Positions 9,768 through 18,362 of a DNA stretch of 64,000 nucleotides are shown piece by piece. How positions within the stretch are numbered: position 1 is the first letter of the stretch; every line of letters starts with the position of its first letter. This stretch comes from Candidatus Omnitrophota bacterium (GTDB taxonomy: Bacteria; Omnitrophota; Gorgyraeia; JAHIPI01), in the NCBI GenBank assembly GCA_016783745.1, contig JADHVZ010000002.1:12012-76011 (forward strand), in the 5' to 3' direction. The translations under genes were made by a program, and so were the position numbers. The notes under the pieces were generated by a model, which saw only the letters and a program-made list of their open reading frames with translations, made no database searches and was not told the DNA's origin.

Positions 9768-11327
9768 TTATTGGTCCAGTTCGATTGAAAGCGGCACATT
9801 GGCGCTTGACGTAAGATCTGCGCCTTTGAAGTCATCCTTCAGGATGTTGACCGTCATAAAGATGATAAGCTCTGTTTTTTCCACATACTGTTCGGTTTTC
9901 TTAAACCACCAGTCGCCTATTCCCGGGATATCGCCTAAAAACGGGACCTTGTTTTCGTAATCCACGTTATTTTCCTTGATAAGCCCGCCTATCATAAGGG
10001 TATCGCCGTCCCGCACCATGACCTGGGTCGCCGCCTGGCGCACCGAATACCTGGGAGCCGTTATGCCCCTCGCCGCATCAAGCACATCATACCCAAGAAG
10101 GTCTGATACCTCCGGTATCAGGTCAACTACGATGTCTCCCACATCATTGATGTGGGGAACGACAAAAAGTTTTATGCCAAGTTCCTTTTCCGTATATCCT
10201 GTTATCTCAATGGTGCCGGTATCAGGGTTACGCTCAAAGGTAGGGATGGCTATTATTATTCCTACAAGTATCGTGGCCGGTTTATTATTCAGTGTGGTAA
10301 CGCGCGGATTGGATACGATCTCGGTGTTCCTTCTGGATTTTAGATATTCCAGCACCGCCGCGAATTGAGAAAAATCAAGGGTTCCCATGGTAAAACTGCC
10401 TGTGGTCGCAAGAGGCATAGAGCTCATTGAAGTGGAGTGGAAGTCATCCGAAGGTACAGTACTCTGGTTTTCGAGTCCGCCGGTCTCAGCCCCCTTTCCT
10501 ATCGGTAAAAAATCACCCAACTCAAACTTTCCCAAGAGCCTCGAACCGGCCGTCTCAAAGGGGAATACCCATGGCCTGCTCGCGCCGGTTGCAGTGATCT
10601 TCGCATTCCAGTCAATACCAAGCTTCTCATCGCCGTCCAATGTGGTCTCTATGATCTTCGAGGAAATCAGGACCTGTTGCGTCTTCGCGTCCAGCTTGCC
10701 TATTACCCGCCTTATCTTGTAAAGGTTAGTCGGAATGTCAGTGACGATCAAGACATTCGTCCTCTCGTCGAATTTTATTTTATCTTTGCCGCGGTCGGTC
10801 AACATCTCTTTTATCGATTCCGCGACCTCCGCAGACTTAGCGTAATTAAGGGTGAACACCTCGGTAGTAAGCTCTTCCTGCTGGAGATTTTCGAGCGTAG
10901 TCACTCTTATGATGTTCTCATTTTTTTCATAAGCATAGCCGTAATTTTTGCAAATGATCTCAAGCGCTGTCTCCCAGTTTACGTTGCTTAATCTTATCGT
11001 TACAAATCCCTCAACGTCTCTTCCGGCTACAATATTGACACCGCTTTTTTCCGCCAGTACCCTCAATACTGTTTTTATGTCCGCGTCCTTAAAGTCTATG
11101 GTGATATTACCGGGCGCTATCTTCTTGGCAACCAATTTTTTTTCGGATGATGCCGCATCCTCAACCGGCGTGATGACTTTAGCGTCCTCTTCTGGGATGG
11201 GATCGCTGTCTTGAGGAACTTCTTCTTCAGCGTGACACGGGGCGCTGTCCATGTAAAAAAACGACATGGCCATAAATGAAAGAAATAAAACTATGACACC
11301 GGATAATAACATTTTCCCGCTTCTCAA
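9768..11327 (-). CDS. pilQ: Secretin (PilQ-like), without AMIN repeats
   Basis: ITIDFKDADIKTVLR, DERTNVLIVTD, SNPRVTTLNN, KVPFLGDIPGIG, TELIIFMT; last gene of pilMNOPQ. Confidence 0.88.
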   Translation of the reverse strand: MRSGKMLLSGVIVLFLSFMAMSFFYMDSAPCHAEEEVPQDSDPIPEEDAKVITPVEDAASSEKKLVAKKIAPGNITIDFKDADIKTVLRVLAEKSGVNIVAGRDVEGFVTIRLSNVNWETALEIICKNYGYAYEKNENIIRVTTLENLQQEELTTEVFTLNYAKSAEVAESIKEMLTDRGKDKIKFDERTNVLIVTDIPTNLYKIRRVIGKLDAKTQQVLISSKIIETTLDGDEKLGIDWNAKITATGASRPWVFPFETAGSRLLGKFELGDFLPIGKGAETGGLENQSTVPSDDFHSTSMSSMPLATTGSFTMGTLDFSQFAAVLEYLKSRRNTEIVSNPRVTTLNNKPATILVGIIIAIPTFERNPDTGTIEITGYTEKELGIKLFVVPHINDVGDIVVDLIPEVSDLLGYDVLDAARGITAPRYSVRQAATQVMVRDGDTLMIGGLIKENNVDYENKVPFLGDIPGIGDWWFKKTEQYVEKTELIIFMTVNILKDDFKGADLTSSANVPLSIELDQ

Positions 11328-11713
11328 TTTATTCCTCCTTCCACCTCAAGATCTATGGTATGAGTCTCCCCGTGGATCTTAAGCGTAATAGCTTTTTCCA
11401 TAATTTTAATGATCTCGACATTATTGATCTTATCGCCCTCGCCCACTATCTCGCTGTTTAAAACCGCGACAGAGTTTCCGTAGGGGTCAAATATCACCCC
11501 TTCAAACTTAACGTCTTCCACGCTCTCTATACCGTCAATGCCCAGTGATAATCTTTTCTGTCCGGTTACCAGCGGCATAAAAGGGTCTCTCCTGTCGCCT
11601 ATCTTATAAACAAAAACCTCTTCGCCGGAGGGCTGTGTGTTTCCTGCCGGCAGTGACGCGGTTATAAAAAAAATGATAAATAAGACCGGAAATCTTCCGC
11701 GCATTCTACTCAC
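11324..11713 (-). CDS. PilP-like alignment-complex protein
   Basis: N-terminal hydrophobic segment, RRDPFMP motif and beta-rich domain; lies between pilO and pilQ. Confidence 0.7.
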   Translation of the reverse strand: MSRMRGRFPVLFIIFFITASLPAGNTQPSGEEVFVYKIGDRRDPFMPLVTGQKRLSLGIDGIESVEDVKFEGVIFDPYGNSVAVLNSEIVGEGDKINNVEIIKIMEKAITLKIHGETHTIDLEVEGGIN

Positions 11714-12302
11714 CTTTCAAGATGAATGTTTTTACAACAAGCTGCACATTGTGACGTTTAGGATTCAGCGGGTTAGCAGCTATCTCTATATCCGATACTT
11801 CCATAAACCTCTTACCGCTTTCCAGCGCCGCGATAAAGGTGCCGAGCTGATGGTAGCCGCACAGAGCTTTTATAAGGATCCTTTGCTGGCTATAGATATC
11901 GGACGAATTCATATCAGCCTCATCCAGTTCTTCTTTTACGGGTATTATCTCAGTGATCTTGACTCCGGTGTCCATGGCCATCTCAGAGAGACGCTCAAGC
12001 ACCTCAGGGAATTCCTCCTCTTTGGGCAGTTTATTAAGGTAAAAATCCGCCTTCGCCTTAAGTTCGCCTACCTCTTTTTTTATAACAGGCATTCTGTCGA
12101 TAGAAAGCTCGGCCTTGGCTATCCGGCTCTCTGTTCTGGATACCTCGCGAAACGCGGAAAGGAATTTCGCTACTATCGGAGAAATAAAAAATAGATAATA
12201 GCCGGCAAGCGCCAGAAGGCATATTATAAGGGCTATGGCCATGATCTCACGCTTCTTTGCCTTCTTCAAAAAACTCAATGGATCAAAATTTATCTTCTTC
12301 AT
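11706..12302 (-). CDS. pilO: Type IV pilus assembly protein PilO
   Basis: TM plus coiled coil, LPKEEEFPEVL, GYHQLGTFIAALE. Confidence 0.87.
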   Translation of the reverse strand: MKKINFDPLSFLKKAKKREIMAIALIICLLALAGYYLFFISPIVAKFLSAFREVSRTESRIAKAELSIDRMPVIKKEVGELKAKADFYLNKLPKEEEFPEVLERLSEMAMDTGVKITEIIPVKEELDEADMNSSDIYSQQRILIKALCGYHQLGTFIAALESGKRFMEVSDIEIAANPLNPKRHNVQLVVKTFILKGE

Positions 12303-12310
12303 AGCGCCTT

Positions 12311-12943
12311 CTATTTAAAATAGCAGATCAGCTCAAAATCCATAATTTCGATATCTTTTAAGCGCGATCGCTGTATGGAGGTAGCCTCGACTTCTTCATA
12401 GTCTGCAAAAAAAGACTTGTTATTCTTAAGGCTTTTAATAAACTTACCTATAGCGGCGGTCTCTTCGCCGCCTTTTGCGATAACGCTGCCGTTAATATGC
12501 AGCGTTTTGATTATTTTTTTTCTGGTGATCGTCTGTGGCTGCTGGTCCTCACTGCCCGAACGCTTAAGCTCCATTCTTTCCAGCAGCGTCTCCTGCTCAA
12601 GCCATAATCTATTAAGCCAGACTCCGGGGGTCATGACATCGCTCAGGTCGCTTAACTTCTTCGCCCAGCTCATCCTGCCTTGGATCAGGCTGTCAATAGC
12701 ATCTATCTTTACCCTCTTAGTGGTAAGCTCGTCTGTGAGTTCATCGGCGATTTTTTTTTCCGGCTGAAGCGCTTGCCACTTATCCTCCAGCTCAGCAAGG
12801 CTCTTCTCTTTCATATTCGTGGAAAATCCGAGGATAATATGCACCAGAACAACTATAATAACAAGCGGGAGAAATGATATATTCGGAAGCTCGACCTTTT
12901 TTACTCTTAATTCTTTAGGAAGCAGGTTTATTTTAATCATCAT
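12311..12943 (-). CDS. pilN: Type IV pilus assembly protein PilN
   Basis: N-terminal INLLP PilM-binding motif, TM, PGVWLNRL. Confidence 0.88.
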   Translation of the reverse strand: MMIKINLLPKELRVKKVELPNISFLPLVIIVVLVHIILGFSTNMKEKSLAELEDKWQALQPEKKIADELTDELTTKRVKIDAIDSLIQGRMSWAKKLSDLSDVMTPGVWLNRLWLEQETLLERMELKRSGSEDQQPQTITRKKIIKTLHINGSVIAKGGEETAAIGKFIKSLKNNKSFFADYEEVEATSIQRSRLKDIEIMDFELICYFK

Positions 12944-12947
12944 AGGT

Positions 12948-13994
12948 TCACCTCAAGGCCAGTCCTATCGCCACGCCCAGCTGATCCTTTATCCTGGAAA
13001 GCAATTCCTTGTCAATGGCAGGGTCTATTTCCATGCCGGCGATCGGGTCCCATTGAGCGACTTCTATGTCAAGGGTTTCCTTGAACAGGCCCGATACCTC
13101 ATTTATCCTGGCCCCTCCTCCGGTCAGAAACGCGCTCTCTATTCCCTTGCCCGATTGATTTTCATAGTAACTAAAGGAAAGCCTCACCTCATCGATAATA
13201 TTATGTAAAATAGCCTTCATTTTTTCATCGACCTTATCTGAGCGGGCGCCGGGATTTAATTTCATGTCCTCTGCTGCGGCCAGATCTACGGACATGGCTT
13301 CTGAAATTGATTTAGTAATATCGTTTCCTCCGAGCTGAATGACTCTGGAAAAATAGAGGATCCCCTCATCAAGTATATTAATATCAGTTGCCGTTGCCCC
13401 GATGTCGATTAAAGCGGAAGCTCCGGCCTTATCCCTATCCGCGCTATTGAGAAAGGCATTGACATTCGCGAACGAGGCGATGTCCAGCATTCCTATGGAT
13501 AATCCCGCTTCAGCGATCATCTTTGCCCGCTCATATACAGCGGCTTTTTTCGCGGCTGCAAGCAAGACACGCATCTTATTTTCGGTGCCTATACGCGGCT
13601 GTAGAAGCTGATGATCAATAAAAACCTCATCAATTGTAAAGGGTAGATATTTTTCAGCTTCAAACGGGATAGCGTTTTTAAGCTCTTCAGGTGTCATGTG
13701 CGGTAATTCTATAAATCTGACTACTACTGACGGGCCTGAGAGTGCGGTATTGACTTCTTTGCCCGTGATCTTCGTTTTAAAGATCACTTCCTTTAACGCG
13801 CTAAGCCGGTTGTCGTTGTAGGGCGCGGATATCTTCTTATAAAAAAGATTTTTTATCTTCAGGCCGTCCCGCTCTTTTGAGAGTTCGACATATTTTATCG
13901 CTTGCGAACCTATGTCCAGCCCTATTTGACTTACTTCGGCTTTTGGCCCGAAAAGTTCTATTTTCCCGAATTTTTTTAGGATATTATTCATCAT
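12948..13994 (-). CDS. pilM: Type IV pilus assembly protein PilM (actin-like); start probably near 13994 rather than 14015
   Basis: GLDIGSQAIK, EAEKYLPF, IDIGATAT, GGNDITKSI, FLTGGGA, AIGLALR. Confidence 0.92.
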   Translation of the reverse strand: MMNNILKKFGKIELFGPKAEVSQIGLDIGSQAIKYVELSKERDGLKIKNLFYKKISAPYNDNRLSALKEVIFKTKITGKEVNTALSGPSVVVRFIELPHMTPEELKNAIPFEAEKYLPFTIDEVFIDHQLLQPRIGTENKMRVLLAAAKKAAVYERAKMIAEAGLSIGMLDIASFANVNAFLNSADRDKAGASALIDIGATATDINILDEGILYFSRVIQLGGNDITKSISEAMSVDLAAAEDMKLNPGARSDKVDEKMKAILHNIIDEVRLSFSYYENQSGKGIESAFLTGGGARINEVSGLFKETLDIEVAQWDPIAGMEIDPAIDKELLSRIKDQLGVAIGLALR

Positions 13995-14337
13995 GTAGTG
14001 AATGCCCCCCGACATCGCAGCTGACGGGAGACGATGTACCCGTTACTCCTATAGTGTAAGTTCCGTTTGCGGGACATAAAGGCTTGCCTCCGCGCAGGTA
14101 ATTGTATATCTCCTCCTCCTGTGTCGAACTTACCGCAACCCCTTCGTTAATATTGTTTTCAAAAATCCATCTGTCTACGGCGCCTTCTATCTGCCTCAGG
14201 TTATTCTGGCAGACAGTCTGTCTTGTCAGGATACGGGTCCTGTAAAAATTAGGTATCGCCATTGTGGTAAGAACTGCGATGACGGTTATGACAATAATGA
14301 GTTCTATAAGTGTAAATCCTGCCCTCTTTTTTATCAT
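13984..14337 (-). CDS. Type IV pilin-like protein (minor pilin)
   Basis: Class III signal G|FTLIEL and hydrophobic helix; C..CP..SC..H pattern. Confidence 0.9.
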   Translation of the reverse strand: MIKKRAGFTLIELIIVITVIAVLTTMAIPNFYRTRILTRQTVCQNNLRQIEGAVDRWIFENNINEGVAVSSTQEEEIYNYLRGGKPLCPANGTYTIGVTGTSSPVSCDVGGHSLHDE

Positions 14338-14385
14338 ATTATATAAATACGATTAGTTCCTAATTAAAAAATATATCTTTAGTTA

Positions 14386-14414
14386 AAGGTACCATATAAC
14401 AATGGATAAGTCAA
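14386..14414 (-). promoter_or_regulatory. Putative promoter of the pilin-pilMNOPQ unit
   Basis: Minus strand TTGACT-17-TACCTT with TGn, immediately after the terminator of the upstream pilin. Confidence 0.5.
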
Positions 14415-14440
14415 GAGAAGGCGGGATAAAAACGAAAAAT

Positions 14441-14480
14441 AAAAAAAGGCGATGGAAAAATACCAAATCCATCGCCTTTT
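14441..14480. terminator. Rho-independent terminator after the major pilin (bidirectional type)
   Basis: AAAAGGCGATGGA...TCCATCGCCTTTT stem with A/T tracts on both sides. Confidence 0.85.
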
Positions 14481-14511
14481 CATTTACAAGGTCCGCTATT
14501 ACCTTAAAATA

Positions 14512-14853
14512 TTAATAGCCGGCCGGTAAAGCGCCGTGCTGGCTGCATGAAGGAGCGGTATTGACGTCATTTATCGTATAAGTACCGCTAGCAGGACAGT
14601 TTGGGTACCCGCCGCGCACATAATCACCAACGTTAGCCGTAGATGGAGTTGGTGTGCCGGACTGCCTTGTTTCAAGCGCCCACTGCTGCTTACCTGAATC
14701 GATCTGCCTCATATTATTGAAACATGCATTTTGCTGGGCCGTTGTTCTGGCTCTTACAAAATTAGGTATAGCTATAACCGCCAATAGACCTATAATTGCT
14801 ACAACTATCATGATTTCGACAAGCGTAAAGCCCTTTTTGTTAAGCCTTCTCAT
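14512..14853 (-). CDS. pilA: Probable major type IV pilin
   Basis: KKG|FTLVEIMIVVAIIGLLAVIAIPNF; strong SD (GGAGG); own promoter and terminator, consistent with high expression. Confidence 0.85.
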   Translation of the reverse strand: MRRLNKKGFTLVEIMIVVAIIGLLAVIAIPNFVRARTTAQQNACFNNMRQIDSGKQQWALETRQSGTPTPSTANVGDYVRGGYPNCPASGTYTINDVNTAPSCSQHGALPAGY

Positions 14854-14988
14854 GTTAATCCCTCCTCTCGTGCCAATTTGGCAACTGTACAGTTAGAGAA
14901 CACCGTCACCCCTTAGGTAGGAGGTATTTTATTATAATCTACCCCTGGCAATGACTTCAAGCATACCCTCTAATCTTGTACTCAACGT

Positions 14989-15017
14989 AGTATATCATAC
15001 CGTTGAACAAAAGTCAA
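14989..15017 (-). promoter_or_regulatory. Putative strong sigma70 promoter of the major pilin
   Basis: Minus strand TTGACT-17-TATACT with TGn, giving a leader of about 130 nt. Confidence 0.7.
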
Positions 15018-15081
15018 TATGTCAACAATAAAATTACTGTATCTTTATTGCTTACAAAGAGATACGTGAATAGCAAAATTT

Positions 15082-15405
15082 TTAAAATTCACCGTGCTCG
15101 CTGCAGGAGGGAGGTGTATCTATATTGTTTATCGTGTATGTACCTCTGCCGGGACATGCAGGAAACCCTCCACGAATATATGTGCCTACCTCACCCTCGC
15201 TGGGTGAATCAGATCCTGTCTTATTATCGAGGATCCCCCAATTCTGTTTCGCGTAATGTATCTGTCTCATACTGTTGATGCACGAACTCTGCTGGGCCGT
15301 GTTCCTGGATCTTACAAAATGAGGCACAGCAATAACGGATAAGAGGCCGATAATAGCGACTACGATCATTATTTCGACGAGAGTAAAACCTGCCCTGTAT
15401 TTCAA
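15082..15405 (-). CDS. Type IV pilin, close paralog of 14512-14853
   Basis: AG|FTLVEIMIVVAIIGLL; collinear with the adjacent pilin, including CP..GTY and SCxxHG. Confidence 0.9.
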   Translation of the reverse strand: MKYRAGFTLVEIMIVVAIIGLLSVIAVPHFVRSRNTAQQSSCINSMRQIHYAKQNWGILDNKTGSDSPSEGEVGTYIRGGFPACPGRGTYTINNIDTPPSCSEHGEF

Positions 15406-15424
15406 TGTTACCTCACTCCCACTT

Positions 15425-16636
15425 TTACATCGTGATAATAGTCGATATTTTAAAGATCGGCAAAAACATGCAAATAACGATAGTACCTATGATCACTCCT
15501 AAAAAAGCGATGATTACGGGCTCTATTATGCTCGTCAACCCGCTTATGGCGGTATCTACCTCCGCGTCATAGAAATCAGCTATTTTAGAAAGCATCTTCT
15601 CGAGTTGACCGGTCTGCTCGCCAACATTTATCATCCTGACTACCATGGGAGGAAATACAGCGCTTTTCGAAAGAGGTTCGGCTATATTTTCTCCGTTTTT
15701 TATGCTTGCTCTTACGTTAGAAACGGCGCGCTCTATCACTTTATTGCCGGCTGTCTTGCCTACTATCTCAAGCGAGTTTAAGATCGGCACACCGCTTTTT
15801 ACCAGAGTGGAGAGTGTTCTTGTAAACTTACTGACAGCTACTTTTCTAAGTAATATACCTATTATAGGCATATTCAGTGTGAGTTTGTCGAATCGTAGAG
15901 CCCCTCTCTCTGTCTTTTTATACCGGGATATGAGTATCATAAAGACTGCCATTCCGGAAATGGTAAAAATGAAATACCTCCTTAAAAAATCGCTCACAGA
16001 TATAAGTACCTGGGTAGGCATGGGAAGCGCTGCGCCGAATCCTGCGAATATCTCCTTAAAAACAGGGATGACTTTTAAAAGTAAGATAGCCGTTATAACC
16101 ATCGCCATACCGGTGATGATGGCCGGATAGATCAGGGCCGACTTGACCTTCTTCTGGAGGATGCTCGTTTTTTCAAGGTATGTCGCCAGCCTGTCAAGGA
16201 TCTCATCAAGCATGCCGCTTGATTCACCGGCCCTTACCATATTCACAAATAAGCCGGAGAATACCTTCGGCTGCCTTGAAAGCGCCTCTGACAGACTGGA
16301 GCCGGTTTCAACATCATCCCTGATCCGGAGAATAGCGACTGAGAACCTTTTATTATCTAACTGCTCTCCTAATATATCGAGCGCGCTGACCAGAGGTATG
16401 CCCGCGTCAACCATTGTAGCCATCTGCCTGGAAAATATGACAATATCATCAAGCCCTATTTTTTTCTGGAAAAATGAGGATCCGCCCCCTGCCGATTCCT
16501 TGCTTTTCGTTAAGGAGACAATGACCAGGTTCTTTTCGCGCAATTTTTTTATGAGGGCGGGCCTGTCCGGGGCATCCAGCGCCCCGGTCACGGTCTTGCC
16601 GTCCTCACTCTTAGCCACATATTTGAATGTTGCCAC
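15425..16636 (-). CDS. pilC: Platform protein PilC (GspF family)
   Basis: FSRQMATMVDAGIPL, AGESSGMLD, VGEQTGQLEKML, EPVIIAFLG. Confidence 0.95.
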   Translation of the reverse strand: MATFKYVAKSEDGKTVTGALDAPDRPALIKKLREKNLVIVSLTKSKESAGGGSSFFQKKIGLDDIVIFSRQMATMVDAGIPLVSALDILGEQLDNKRFSVAILRIRDDVETGSSLSEALSRQPKVFSGLFVNMVRAGESSGMLDEILDRLATYLEKTSILQKKVKSALIYPAIITGMAMVITAILLLKVIPVFKEIFAGFGAALPMPTQVLISVSDFLRRYFIFTISGMAVFMILISRYKKTERGALRFDKLTLNMPIIGILLRKVAVSKFTRTLSTLVKSGVPILNSLEIVGKTAGNKVIERAVSNVRASIKNGENIAEPLSKSAVFPPMVVRMINVGEQTGQLEKMLSKIADFYDAEVDTAISGLTSIIEPVIIAFLGVIIGTIVICMFLPIFKISTIITM

Positions 16637-16640
16637 TCTG

Positions 16641-18362
16641 CTACCCCCCCGTAGTTATCCTCAATACCTCCTCTAATGTAGTATTGCCGTCTAAAAATTT
16701 TCTCAACGCGTTTTGCCTTAAAGTCTTCATCCCCTGTTTCATCGCGTATGCTTTTATCTGATCAGATGGCACGCGCCTTATCACCATATCCCTTATCGTG
16801 TCGTCTATGTTCAGTACCTCAAGTGTCCCCATGCGGCCGCAGTATCCTGTGTCGTCGCAGCGCTGGCAGCCTTTACCGGCAAAAAAATCCTTCGCGCCGG
16901 CATTTTCCAGCTCCGAACTGCCTATTCCCATTCTATCGAAAACTGATTTTGGAATGTCTACTTTTTTCTTGCAATCCGGGCATATCTTACGGCATAACCT
17001 TTGCGCGGCGACCAGGATAAGGCTTGAGGCTATCAAAAAAGGTTCTACTCCCATGTCTACCAATCTTGTGATCGAGCCGACCGCGTCATTTGTATGCAGT
17101 GTGCTCAATACCAGCTCGCCGGTCAAGGATGCCTTTATAGCTATATCGGCAGTCTCAAAATCACGTATTTCGCCTACCATTATTATGTCAGGGCTCTGCC
17201 TTAGGAGTCCGCGTAAGCCGTTGGCGAAAGTCAGGCCTATATCAGGATTGGCCTGGATCTGAGTAATTCCCTCGACCTGATATTCGACAGGATCCTCTAT
17301 CGTTATAATGTTTTTGGCAGCCGTATTAAGAGAGTTCAGGATAGAATACAGAGTCGTTGATTTTCCGCTGCCGGTCGGCCCGGTAAGCAGAATCATCCCG
17401 TAAGGCTTTTTGATGGCCTGGTTAAAAAGCTCAAGATTATCTTTTAAAAAACCGAGCTTTTCGAGGCCGACTCCTAAATTGGCTTTATCAAGTGCCCTCA
17501 AAACGACTTTACTGCCGTACGCGATGGGTAAGACGGAGACTCTGAAATCGATCTCCTTGCCCTCCAGCCTTATCTTGAATCTTCCGTCCTGCGGCAGCCT
17601 GGACTCAGTTATGTCAAGATTTGACATTATTTTTAATCTTGCCAGTATGGCATTCTGATTTCGCTTTGGCATGACCAGGGCTTCCTGAAGCGCGCCGTCG
17701 ATCCTGTATCTTATCCTTAGCTCTTTCTCGCAAGGCTCGATGTGGATATCGCTTGCTCTTTTTTTCAGGGCCTCGACCAGTATCAGGTCGACCATTTTGA
17801 CGATAGGGGCTTTTTTGCTCTCCTCGGTAAGCTGCGTGACATCGATTTCTTCTTCCTCGACTACCTCAATATCCTCTTCGCCTCCCCCATCTTCAGCCTC
17901 CTTGACAAGCTCTGCCATTTCGCTATGGCCGCCGTAATAACCTGCTATAGCTTCCTTTATATCCTGTTCTGTGGCTATCACAGGGTCTATTCTATATTTG
18001 GTCAGCATCCCTACGTCATCGATCGCGAATATATTCAGCGGGTCAGCCATCGCCAGAGTCAACGTCTTTCCGATCGCGGAGACTGGCAGGACATTATACT
18101 GCCTGGCAGTCCTCTCCGGAACTATTTTTAATACGTCGGGGGCTATCTTGTATTTGGAAAGGTTGATCGGCGGGATATTCAACTCCTGGCTCAACAGCAC
18201 CATAAGGTCTTTCTGAGAAATAAGGCCCTGCAGTATCAGTATCTCGCTTATGCTGCACTTTCTCTTTTTTTGTTCTTTGATGGCAAGATCAAGCTGCTCT
18301 TTTGTGATATATTTATTTGTCAAAAGCAGCTCCACAAATTTGTCCCTGAGTGATTTTTTCAT
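16641..18362 (-). CDS. pilB: Extension ATPase PilB/GspE, copy 2 (start reassigned to ATG 18362)
   Basis: ASDIHIEP, RLPQDGR, GPTGSGKST, VGEIRD, STLHTND, tetra-Cys; TGATG overlap with the upstream pilB stop. Confidence 0.92.
   Translation of the reverse strand: MKKSLRDKFVELLLTNKYITKEQLDLAIKEQKKRKCSISEILILQGLISQKDLMVLLSQELNIPPINLSKYKIAPDVLKIVPERTARQYNVLPVSAIGKTLTLAMADPLNIFAIDDVGMLTKYRIDPVIATEQDIKEAIAGYYGGHSEMAELVKEAEDGGGEEDIEVVEEEEIDVTQLTEESKKAPIVKMVDLILVEALKKRASDIHIEPCEKELRIRYRIDGALQEALVMPKRNQNAILARLKIMSNLDITESRLPQDGRFKIRLEGKEIDFRVSVLPIAYGSKVVLRALDKANLGVGLEKLGFLKDNLELFNQAIKKPYGMILLTGPTGSGKSTTLYSILNSLNTAAKNIITIEDPVEYQVEGITQIQANPDIGLTFANGLRGLLRQSPDIIMVGEIRDFETADIAIKASLTGELVLSTLHTNDAVGSITRLVDMGVEPFLIASSLILVAAQRLCRKICPDCKKKVDIPKSVFDRMGIGSSELENAGAKDFFAGKGCQRCDDTGYCGRMGTLEVLNIDDTIRDMVIRRVPSDQIKAYAMKQGMKTLRQNALRKFLDGNTTLEEVLRITTGG

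Noticed and set aside
14860-14982. Known c-di-GMP-I or -II riboswitch in the pilin leader
   Set aside because: The consensus motifs were not found by eye; kept only as an unclassified structured leader.
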